A stretch of DNA of 48,932 bases, taken from positions 1-48,932 of the IMG/VR virus record IMGVR_UViG_3300037458_000314; one strand, 5' to 3'. This DNA comes from a virus. The translations under genes and the position numbers were made by a program. The notes under the pieces are model-generated. The model was given only the letters and a program-made list of their open reading frames with translations, ran no database searches and had not been told where the DNA came from. Of the stretch, positions 1 to 7,634 are shown piece after piece (positions within the stretch are counted from its first letter, which is position 1; every line of letters begins with the position of its first letter).

Positions 1-127
1 TTCCGGTTCCGCCCGGCGTAATTCCGCCCAACCAGACCGCGCTGGCAGCGGTGGCCGCCCAACAGCCGGCTGCAGAGCCCGTCATGGGCGGCGCAGGCGC
101 TCCGGAGGCGGCTGTGGCCCCTGTGGC
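1..127. repeat. Left copy of an exact 127-bp terminal overlap (identical to 48806..48932)
   Basis: Bases 1-127 recur verbatim at 48806-48932. A CDS reads in frame through the junction, so the window is one 48,805-bp circular unit plus 127 bp of redundancy. Confidence 0.95.
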
Positions 128-752
128 GCCCCCTGCCCCGCAGACCGGCCCACAGGCCGCCGTAGCGCCTCCTGGCTCGGCTTCCGGAGTGAAGACGCTG
201 GTCCCCGGCAACCCGCAGAACAAGGGGCTGCCCGAGCATCAGTCCCGCAACCTGTTCTTCCTCGACAGGATGCGCTTGGGGCACCAGGAGATGGCGCGGG
301 TGCTGGGCAACCAGGCGCCCTCGCTGGCCGGGTTCGCACTGGCGGCGCCGAAAGAGGGGCTTTGGTCGACGTTGGCGACGAACGCCCTTGCGCCCGACTC
401 GGCCAAGCAGTTTATGACGGGTGCGCAGCAGTTCATGTCCGCCGTCCTGCGTAAAGATACGGGCGCCGCGGCGCCGTTCCACGAGTACCCGCAATACTGG
501 GTCCAGTTCATCCCGATGCCGGGGGATTCGCAGGCGCTTCTCGCGCAGAAGGCGCAGGCCCGCGCGGTGGCAATGCAGTCCATCGAGCGTGGCTTGCCAC
601 CGGAGATGGTTATGGCGAGCGCACAGTCCATCGCCGGATCGCCGCAGGTGTCTCCAGCAGTCATGGAGCAGATGATGGCCTTGTCTCGGTCAATGAGCAG
701 TGGTGCAGACTCGCGTTCGGCTGCTGACGCCCTCGTCGGCTTCGGGAGGTAA
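1..752 (+). CDS. 3' part of a wrap-around CDS (starts at 47983; 524 aa in the circular molecule); hypothetical virion-module protein
   Basis: The frame of ORF 51..752 matches the open frame from ATG 47983 after subtracting the 48,805-bp unit. TAA at 750-752. Ala/Pro-rich middle; sits in the virion/ejection gene block. Confidence 0.7.
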   Translation, partial: PVPPGVIPPNQTALAAVAAQQPAAEPVMGGAGAPEAAVAPVAPPAPQTGPQAAVAPPGSASGVKTLVPGNPQNKGLPEHQSRNLFFLDRMRLGHQEMARVLGNQAPSLAGFALAAPKEGLWSTLATNALAPDSAKQFMTGAQQFMSAVLRKDTGAAAPFHEYPQYWVQFIPMPGDSQALLAQKAQARAVAMQSIERGLPPEMVMASAQSIAGSPQVSPAVMEQMMALSRSMSSGADSRSAADALVGFGR

Positions 753-755
753 GAA

Positions 756-3023
756 ATGCCCCTGTCCCCGGAAGACACGCAGCGCCTCGACACTTATGCG
801 CAGTGGCTCCTGGACAACCAGGCGCTCCAGGGCTCGCCGGACTGGGTCACGGTGGCCAATGCCTACCGGGGTCTGCGGCAGCAGGAAGTGGCCGGCACCC
901 AGCCTGCGCCGACGGAGGGCCTTACCAACGACCAGTCCGGCACGCTCGGCACCTTCGCGGGCGGCGCGGTGGAGGGCAACCCGTTCGTCGCCGTCCCGGA
1001 CCTCGTCACGCAGGGTGTGGGCTGGCTCGGCAAGAAGACCGGTCTCTACCCGGAGGACTACGAGATTCCGCAGATCGGCCCGTGGCTGTCTGAGCAGTTC
1101 GGGCTGAGCCCTGACCGGGACAATTGGGCCTACCTGGCCGGGAACATCTTCGGCGGCGGTGTTGGCGGTGGCGCGAGACAGATCGCAGCACGGACCCTAC
1201 AAGACGGCGTCCGCGCTGGGCTCGGCCAGACGGCGCGTGTCCTGGGGCAGGAGACGCTGGCAACCGCGGGCGGCCTGGCTGGCGCCGGCGCCGGCGGGGC
1301 CCTCGGTGGTGATGTCGGTGCCATCGTCGGCGGCCTCGCCGGCGGTATCACTCCGGAGGCCGCGCGGGCCGGGTTCAATGCGGGCACGCGCACCGCCTTC
1401 GGCCGCTCGGACGGCGCGAGCGGCGCGGTCTACGACGCCCTGATCCGGAACGAGGTGCCTCCGTCCGCTGGCCTCGTGGGCGGGCGTGGCGTGCCCTACC
1501 TGGAGAACGCGATGGGCTTGGCTCCCGTCCTGGGTGGCCAGGTGATTCGTCGGCAAGAGCGGCAGGTGGCTCAGGTCGGCGACATCCTGCGGCAGACCGC
1601 CGGTGGGATGCGAACCAACAACGTCGGCGCCCCGCCCCAGCCCCCGGACATCATGGCGGGACACCGGGGCGAGCCGGCGCAGATGCGTCCGGTTCCGCCC
1701 AATCCGGAAGCCTGGAATCAGCCGCGCCTCGGGGCGGCCGGTGTCGCGACGGATGACCTTGGCCAGCAAGTCCGAGACATCGCCGGGAACCACCTGGCGC
1801 AGACCCGAGACACGATCTCCCGGCAGAACACGGCGCTCGAACAGACCATCGGGGCGAACACGCCCATCCCGGTTCAGCCGACGATCAACCACCTGCAGGG
1901 GATGCGCGGCCAGCAGTCGACGGGCATCCAGGACATCATCGACCGGGACGTGGGGAGTCTGGAGCGAGCCCGGGGAGAGCATCAGCTGCCGGTGGATCAG
2001 GCGCTGCACTCGCAGCTCTCGCAGACACGCAATCAGGTCATGTCTCAGCTCCAGGCAGAGCGTGGCCGGATCAGCCCGGACCCCCGGAACATCGCCAACC
2101 TGGAGCGGCAGCTGCGCACGCTGGAGACACAGATTCGCGAGAACTACGGGCTGCCCTATGGCCAGATGCGGCGGCAGCGCACCGAGATGGGCGAGCCGCT
2201 GCACGGCAGCACGCGCGGCATGGCGGCCGGCGAGAAAGCGCAGGCCTACCGGCCGATGACCGAGGCGCTGGAGCAGGCTGCCGATCAGGCGGGCATCGGT
2301 GACGACTTCCGTCGCTGGCTGAGCGAGGAGTCGCAGCTGTATGCCCGCCGCGGGTCGCTGGCAGAAGGCGGTGATCTGGCGCAGTCGCAATCGCTGATCG
2401 ACATGAAGACCAACGCCGATGTCTTCAACTGGGTCATGGGCACCAAGCACAAGGCAGTCGAGAAGTTCGACTTCCTGCAACGCGCCGCTGGTGGCCCGGA
2501 CACCCCGCGGTGGCGGCAGTTCGTCGGCGATTTCTATGAGCGGCTTGGCCGGGCCAACCCGGGCGAACAACTCACCTCCGGGGCCAACAACGCGAACGCG
2601 CTGGAGACATTCTCCCCGAAGACGTTTCATCGCAACTGGGAGGACCTGGATCAGGGTCTGAAAGACATGCTGCGGCAGGTGGACCCGGACCTCGTGCAGC
2701 GCATCGACGACACCGTGCTGCTGTCCAGTGCGCTGAAGGAGCGCGGCAAGGCGTCCAACCCGTCTGGCACCACAGCTGCCGCGCTGCCCTACGGCATGGT
2801 CGCTGGCGGCTTCGGCCTTGGTGGGCTTGGTCCAACCGGCGCGTTGATGTCGGCTGGCAGTCTCCAGGGGATGATCAGCACCCTGCTCTCCGACGCTTTC
2901 TCCCGCGCCGTTGCGAACCGCACGGTGCCGTTTTCCACCCGAATGCAGCAGCAGATCGAGCAGCTGGCCGGTCGTGCTGGTGGTCTGGCTGTCAACGAGC
3001 TGCGCGACGAGGAGGCGCAATAA
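756..3023 (+). CDS. Large Gly/Ala-rich and coiled-coil virion protein (putative internal/ejection protein)
   Basis: 755-aa ORF. ATG 756 lies 7 nt after GGGAGG. High GC3. Gly-rich N-terminal third followed by long heptad-like helical region. The antisense 629-aa ORF is Arg/Val-rich noise. Confidence 0.6.
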   Translation: MPLSPEDTQRLDTYAQWLLDNQALQGSPDWVTVANAYRGLRQQEVAGTQPAPTEGLTNDQSGTLGTFAGGAVEGNPFVAVPDLVTQGVGWLGKKTGLYPEDYEIPQIGPWLSEQFGLSPDRDNWAYLAGNIFGGGVGGGARQIAARTLQDGVRAGLGQTARVLGQETLATAGGLAGAGAGGALGGDVGAIVGGLAGGITPEAARAGFNAGTRTAFGRSDGASGAVYDALIRNEVPPSAGLVGGRGVPYLENAMGLAPVLGGQVIRRQERQVAQVGDILRQTAGGMRTNNVGAPPQPPDIMAGHRGEPAQMRPVPPNPEAWNQPRLGAAGVATDDLGQQVRDIAGNHLAQTRDTISRQNTALEQTIGANTPIPVQPTINHLQGMRGQQSTGIQDIIDRDVGSLERARGEHQLPVDQALHSQLSQTRNQVMSQLQAERGRISPDPRNIANLERQLRTLETQIRENYGLPYGQMRRQRTEMGEPLHGSTRGMAAGEKAQAYRPMTEALEQAADQAGIGDDFRRWLSEESQLYARRGSLAEGGDLAQSQSLIDMKTNADVFNWVMGTKHKAVEKFDFLQRAAGGPDTPRWRQFVGDFYERLGRANPGEQLTSGANNANALETFSPKTFHRNWEDLDQGLKDMLRQVDPDLVQRIDDTVLLSSALKERGKASNPSGTTAAALPYGMVAGGFGLGGLGPTGALMSAGSLQGMISTLLSDAFSRAVANRTVPFSTRMQQQIEQLAGRAGGLAVNELRDEEAQ

Positions 3024-3496
3024 TGCGGATGGAAGGCCATGATGAGGAGCGCGAGCTGCGCGACATTCACCGACGTATCGACTCACTCAAGGAGGAGAAC
3101 GAGCGACAGTTCAATTCCTTGACCGAGAAGCTCCACGCGCTGGAGGTCGCAATCGCCCGTGGCGGGAAATTTCCGGCGCAAGCTACGGTCGCGGCTGTGG
3201 CGCTGGTTCTGGCCGTGATCGGGCACGGCGCCGTGCTTTATTCCGAGCTGCAAGCCACCAAGATGCAGAGTGCTACGGCGTATGGTTTGGTGGAGGAGCA
3301 CATCAAGGGGCTCGGAGTGAGGCAGCAGCAGTGGGCAGTGCTCGACGAACGGGTGAAGTCCCTGGAAGGTCGAGTCGTAGGCAAGTCGGAGCTGGGCTGG
3401 CACAAGCCCGACCATGATGCCTACGCGGCTGTCGTGGAGGAGCATTTCCGCCACGTCGAGACACGGCTGCGTGCGTTGGAGGAGAAGAAGCGATGA
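3023..3496 (+). CDS. Membrane-anchored coiled-coil protein next to the lysis genes (possible spanin-like or lysis accessory protein)
   Basis: ATG overlaps the upstream TAA (TAATG). One central TM segment (AQATVAAVALVLAVIGHGAVLY) is flanked by charged helical regions. Its stop overlaps the endolysin start (ATGA). Confidence 0.5.
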   Translation: MRMEGHDEERELRDIHRRIDSLKEENERQFNSLTEKLHALEVAIARGGKFPAQATVAAVALVLAVIGHGAVLYSELQATKMQSATAYGLVEEHIKGLGVRQQQWAVLDERVKSLEGRVVGKSELGWHKPDHDAYAAVVEEHFRHVETRLRALEEKKR

Positions 3497-3975
3497 GCTT
3501 CGACCGTGCGCTTCCCGTCATCATGCGCAACGAGGGCGGCTACTCCGACCACGATGCCGACCCTGGCGGCAAGACGAAGTTCGGCATCACGGAGCAGACT
3601 GCCCGCTCGTTCGGCTACACCGGCTCGATGATCGACCTCCCGCGGGAGTTCGCCGAGAACGTCTACCGCAAGGGGTACTGGGACGCCTGTCGGTGCGACG
3701 AGCTGCCCTGGCCGCTCGCGCTCTGTGTCTTCGACGCCGCGGTGAACACGGGGCCGAAGCCTGCCGCCATGCTGCTGCAACGAGTTCTGCAGGTGAAACA
3801 GGACGGCGTTATTGGGCCTGTCACCATTGCAGCGGCTCGGCACTCGTCGGACTACACCGTCACCGCGTACATGGCGGAGCGGGCGGCGTACTACCAGAAG
3901 CTGCCCAATTACGATGTCTTCGGCAAGGGCTGGCTGCGCCGCCTGTTCAGCACCCTCATGGAGGGCATGACATGA
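3493..3975 (+). CDS. Endolysin, glycoside hydrolase family 108 N-terminal domain plus PG_binding_3-type C-terminal domain
   Basis: N-terminus MRNEGGYSDHDADPGGKTKFGIT is the GH108 signature (EGGY..D.GG.T..GI). The C-terminal part has VKQDGVIGPVT, typical of the associated peptidoglycan-binding domain. Confidence 0.9.
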   Translation: MSFDRALPVIMRNEGGYSDHDADPGGKTKFGITEQTARSFGYTGSMIDLPREFAENVYRKGYWDACRCDELPWPLALCVFDAAVNTGPKPAAMLLQRVLQVKQDGVIGPVTIAAARHSSDYTVTAYMAERAAYYQKLPNYDVFGKGWLRRLFSTLMEGMT

Positions 3976-4376
3976 ACCCGTTGATCCTCGCGCCCATCCT
4001 CGAAATCGGCAAGACGCTCATCGACCGGTTGTTCCCCGACGAGCAGGAGCGGGCCAAGGCCGAGCTGGAGCTGCTGCGGCTGACGCAGGAGAACGACATC
4101 AAGCTCGTCCTGTCTCAGCTGGAGGTGAACGCCAAGGAGGCCGAGAACCCGAACCTGTTTGTCTCGGGCTGGCGCCCGGCGGCTGGTTGGGCCGGTGTCT
4201 TTGGCCTCGTCTACACCACGGTACTGCACCCATTCTTCACCTGGGGCGCAGCGGTGAAGGGTTGGCCGATACCCCCGGTGATCGACACCGATCTGCTGTG
4301 GATCGTGCTGACCGGAATGCTCGGCATCGGCACCATGCGCTCCTATGAGAAGGTCCGGGGGGTGGCCAAGAAGTGA
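3972..4376 (+). CDS. Holin, GTA-type 3-TM holin family (as I recall the family)
   Basis: ATG 3972 overlaps the endolysin stop (ATGA). 134 aa with an N-terminal amphipathic/charged region and then hydrophobic segments (WAGVFGLVYTTVLHPFF, LLWIVLTGMLGIGT). Lies immediately after the endolysin. Confidence 0.65.
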   Translation: MNPLILAPILEIGKTLIDRLFPDEQERAKAELELLRLTQENDIKLVLSQLEVNAKEAENPNLFVSGWRPAAGWAGVFGLVYTTVLHPFFTWGAAVKGWPIPPVIDTDLLWIVLTGMLGIGTMRSYEKVRGVAKK

Positions 4377-6184
4377 GCCTCGCCAACGTCTTTCGCCGGT
4401 TCGTTGGTGGCAGCGATCAGCTGCTGGACGAGGCTGTCCGGAAGGCGAACTTCGACCGCTGGCACAAGCAGTCGAAGGTGAAGCAACCGGTCTACCACGC
4501 GACGATGGCAGACGAGGACTTTGACACGTTCGCGCGTGGGGATATTGGCTACCACTTCGGGACGAAGGGCGCGGCCGAGGACCGGTTCTCCTCTCTCGGT
4601 GCCAAGGGCGCGATGTGGGATGAGCCGGAGTATCTGGAAGGTGCCCGGGTTCTTCCCGTGCATTTGTCCCTCCAGAATCCTATCCACTTGCCAGACATGG
4701 GCGGGTGGGATGTGCCGCAGCGATGGCGCGAAGATTTCCTGGCACAGCCGGACGAGGATCTGGCTCGGTGGTTTCCAGACCCGTACCTGCGGAACGACAT
4801 CCAGATGGCCGCAGAGACGGCCCTTGGGCCTAGGTTCGACCCCAATCCCGCCTTCGCAGAAGAAATACGCCGCATCCTGAAAGCGCACGGTTATGACGGG
4901 GTGCAGTACCGCAACGCCTACGAAGACCCGGGCCGGATGTCTTACATCGCCTTCGAGCCCACCCAGATCAAGTCGGTCTTCAACCAGGGGACGTATGACC
5001 CCACCAACCCCAGCTTCCTGAAGGCTGGCGCCGGTGGCGCTGTCGGCCTGGCGGCGTTGGGCGGGTCCGAAGACACGGAGGCCGCCCCCGGTTTCCGGCT
5101 CCAGAACGTGATGTCCATGCTCCGGCCCATCGACGAGGTGAAGGCTGCCGTCGGCAACCCTGTCTTGGGCGAGCAGACCTACCCGATGGCCGAGCTGATC
5201 CTGGAGCAGTTCCAGAAGGCGCAGCAGCAGGGCGTGTCTCCGCGGGACCTCCTCAAGTCCTACGGCATCACCACCTCCTCGGTGCAGCGCGGCGCCCTGG
5301 ACGCCGGCCAGTTCCCGCCGACCATGCGGGGCGGTGAGACAGGCCTGCTTCGGCCCGAGGACGCGATGGCGAACTGGTTCACCTCTCCCCCTGGGCAGGA
5401 CTACCTGGACTCGACCCTGGCCGGGGCAACGGACCCGGCGACGGTGCAGAACCTCCGGGAAGGGTTCCGGCCCTATGGCATGGCCGATGTCTTGGCCGGG
5501 CAGATGCTGCGGGCTGGAGACACGGTCCTGCCCGACCTCCCTGTCTTCCAGCAGATGATCGCCGGCGGGATGTCTCCAGACGAGGTCCTGGCCTACTTCG
5601 CCACTGCCGGGACGGTCCCGGGCATCGGCCCGGTGAAGGCCGGCTTCCAGCTGCCCATGCTCGGGCGGGGCGACCTCCCGGTGCCGGACGCCAACCAGCT
5701 CAACCTGCACCTGGCGCCTGGCGGCAAGAATCTCGTCGACGAGCTGAACCCCCGGCAGAAGGCGCAGGTGGTGAAGGAGATCGCCAACCGTCAGTCCGCC
5801 ATCGGGATGCAGATGCCCGAGCGGTACGAGCCGCTGCGGCAGTACCTGACCCACCACGATGTCTGGGACCGCACGCTGGGGACGCAGACCACGCACCAGC
5901 CGATCATCAACGCCATGCGCTACGGCGGCATGGGCGGCGCGGCGGCCGGTCTGGGGGCGTTGGCCTCGCCCGGAGACACACAGGCCGCTACACTCAGCCG
6001 GGAGATGTCTCACCAACAGCCCCAGGTGCCTCCAGTGACGACAGCCGTCAGCGACCTCATTCGGGATGCCGTTGCCGACCCGGAGAATGCGCTTGGGCTG
6101 CTCGGGTTGTTCGGGTCGATGCTGACGATGCCGCGCTCGCTGGCGGGCCCGGAGGCCGGGCGGCATAGCCCGACGTTCTACTGA
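4373..6184 (+). CDS. Large virion-module protein with an N-terminal domain resembling ART-PolyVal (ADP-ribosyltransferase-like domain of phage polyvalent proteins)
   Basis: GTG overlaps the holin stop (GTGA). Motifs VYHAT..DFDTF, GYHFGT, VLPVHLSLQNPIHLPD and GYDGVQYRN..E......YIAFEPTQIKSV fit my recollection of the ART-PolyVal pattern. The C-terminal 400 aa are unassigned. Confidence 0.5.
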   Translation: MSLANVFRRFVGGSDQLLDEAVRKANFDRWHKQSKVKQPVYHATMADEDFDTFARGDIGYHFGTKGAAEDRFSSLGAKGAMWDEPEYLEGARVLPVHLSLQNPIHLPDMGGWDVPQRWREDFLAQPDEDLARWFPDPYLRNDIQMAAETALGPRFDPNPAFAEEIRRILKAHGYDGVQYRNAYEDPGRMSYIAFEPTQIKSVFNQGTYDPTNPSFLKAGAGGAVGLAALGGSEDTEAAPGFRLQNVMSMLRPIDEVKAAVGNPVLGEQTYPMAELILEQFQKAQQQGVSPRDLLKSYGITTSSVQRGALDAGQFPPTMRGGETGLLRPEDAMANWFTSPPGQDYLDSTLAGATDPATVQNLREGFRPYGMADVLAGQMLRAGDTVLPDLPVFQQMIAGGMSPDEVLAYFATAGTVPGIGPVKAGFQLPMLGRGDLPVPDANQLNLHLAPGGKNLVDELNPRQKAQVVKEIANRQSAIGMQMPERYEPLRQYLTHHDVWDRTLGTQTTHQPIINAMRYGGMGGAAAGLGALASPGDTQAATLSREMSHQQPQVPPVTTAVSDLIRDAVADPENALGLLGLFGSMLTMPRSLAGPEAGRHSPTFY

Positions 6185-6981
6185 TGGACATCGAACTCGC
6201 CCGCTCCCTCACCCAGATTCAGCCGATGATCGACGGCTGGATGCGCTCGCCGCAGGGGATGCTGCTCAGCGGTGGCTTCGATGACCCCGAGGATGAGCCC
6301 GGAGAGGCGCAGGAAGACAGCCTGAACCCGCTCATGGGGGAGATGCTGGCCGCAGCCCTCCAGTCGGCGCAGCGCAGCTCTCAGGCCGTGAAAACGCTCG
6401 AATCGCTGCACGCCACCCAAGCGCAGGGGGCCGGCACCCAGCTGTCTCAGCTGAAGCAGGTGGTCGACACCCTGAGCCAGAATCAGAGCATCCTGGTCCA
6501 CCTCGTTTCCGCCCAGCTCAACCAGATGCACGAGCTGGCAGAGGCGGTGCGGGGTGACAGCAGGAGCATGGAGGAGAAGACCGGCGCCTTGGGCTCGACC
6601 ATCGAGCCCCTGGTAGCTGGCATTTCCGAGAGCCAGGCCAAGCTCGGCCGGATGCTCGAAGACCACTCGGCGCTGGTGAAGCCCATGCTGGCTGCTATAA
6701 CCGGGATTGAGGAGGCGATAACCCGCCTGGTCGAGCGTGTCTCGGAGACGACCAAGAAGTCTGTCTCGGCCATGACCCAGGTGGTGTCTTCCGCGCTTCA
6801 GGAGTCTTCCGTGTCTCGGGACACGGCCGGCAAGCAGGGGCAGGCCCTGGTAGAGGCTGTCAAAGCAGAACGCGCTGTCCTCCTCCAGGCCCTCCGGGAC
6901 AGCAAGCCGGCACCGTCGGTGCAGCTGCGGGTGAACCGCGACGCGGATGGGCTCATCACCACCATCGACATCGTGAGGTGA
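6184..6981 (+). CDS. Hypothetical helical protein (virion module)
   Basis: ATG overlaps the upstream TGA (TGATG). 265 aa, high GC3, Gln/Leu/Ala-rich helical composition. Confidence 0.7.
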   Translation: MDIELARSLTQIQPMIDGWMRSPQGMLLSGGFDDPEDEPGEAQEDSLNPLMGEMLAAALQSAQRSSQAVKTLESLHATQAQGAGTQLSQLKQVVDTLSQNQSILVHLVSAQLNQMHELAEAVRGDSRSMEEKTGALGSTIEPLVAGISESQAKLGRMLEDHSALVKPMLAAITGIEEAITRLVERVSETTKKSVSAMTQVVSSALQESSVSRDTAGKQGQALVEAVKAERAVLLQALRDSKPAPSVQLRVNRDADGLITTIDIVR

Positions 6982-6986
6982 GATCA

Positions 6987-7112
6987 ATGGAAGGCGAAGG
7001 TTCAATCTGGGGTCTGCTGCTGTTCCTGGCGCTGCTGGTTGGTTTCGTCGCCTGGAAGACAGGTGCGCTCAAGAAGCTGGCGCAGAAGATCGAGGAGCAC
7101 AAGAACCCGTGA
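6987..7112 (+). CDS. Small single-TM membrane protein (41 aa)
   Basis: ATG 6987 is preceded by GAGGTGAG. Sequence MEGEGSIWGLLLFLALLVGFVAWKTGALKKLAQKIEEHKNP has a clear TM helix and a basic tail. Below the length cut-off of the ORF track. Confidence 0.45.
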   Translation: MEGEGSIWGLLLFLALLVGFVAWKTGALKKLAQKIEEHKNP

Positions 7113-7234
7113 GCGAGGAGCGTAAAGCCGCTGCGGTGGTGGCGATCACCGTCGGTGTGATCGTCGCTGCCGTCATCGTCCTGTTTGGCGTGGCTGGTCA
7201 ATGGCTGGCGCGTTTCGTGTTGTCCGGGGGCTGA
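7109..7234 (+). CDS. Small single-TM membrane protein (41 aa), tentative
   Basis: GTG 7109 overlaps the previous stop (GTGA). Sequence MSEERKAAAVVAITVGVIVAAVIVLFGVAGQWLARFVLSGG. No independent RBS seen. Confidence 0.35.
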   Translation: MSEERKAAAVVAITVGVIVAAVIVLFGVAGQWLARFVLSGG

Positions 7235-7235
7235 C

Positions 7236-7634
7236 ATGGAATCCTGGCAGGTAACGTCCAAGGCAACCGGCGAGCCGGTGTTCCGGTATCAGTGCGACGA
7301 CGGCATCGGCCCTATCTACTGGGTCGGGATGGAAGCCGAGACGCACGATCACACGCTTGTCGAGGACGAGACACCCGAGACACCCCCGGTGACGGTCTAC
7401 GGCGGGCGGCGCATCCTCTCCAAGCTGGAGTTCCTGCGGCTGTTCAAGACCGAGGAGCGAATCACTCTCCGCACCGTCGCCAAGACAAACCCGGTGGTTG
7501 AGGACTACATGCAGCTTCTGGAGCTGGCGGAGGAGATCAACCTGGACGACGAGGACACGGTGGGCGGGGTGCAGATGATGGAGCAGGCTGGCCTGCTAGG
7601 CGAAGGCAGGGCTGCGGAGGTGCTGCGTGGCTGA
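7236..7634 (+). CDS. Hypothetical protein (132 aa)
   Basis: In-frame ATG 7236 inside track ORF 7185..7634, 2 nt after the stop of the preceding small ORF. The stop overlaps the next gene's start. Confidence 0.65.
   Translation: MESWQVTSKATGEPVFRYQCDDGIGPIYWVGMEAETHDHTLVEDETPETPPVTVYGGRRILSKLEFLRLFKTEERITLRTVAKTNPVVEDYMQLLELAEEINLDDEDTVGGVQMMEQAGLLGEGRAAEVLRG

Noticed and set aside
1-127. 127-bp direct terminal repeat as the biological genome end
   Set aside because: It lies inside a CDS that reads through it, and its length equals a common assembler k-mer. It is treated as a circularisation overlap.
1197-3086. 629-aa minus-strand ORF
   Set aside because: It is antisense to the 755-aa virion protein. 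It has Arg/Val/Leu/Gly-rich composition and no RBS or context.
3414-3971. N-terminal 186 codons of track ORF 3414..4376
   Set aside because: It is an out-of-frame overlap with the endolysin gene and is Arg/Cys-rich. The holin starts at ATG 3972, overlapping the endolysin stop.
4343-6166. 607-aa minus-strand ORF mirroring the 4373..6184 gene
   Set aside because: The same high-GC antisense artefact. The plus frame has high GC3, translational coupling at both ends and recognisable motifs.
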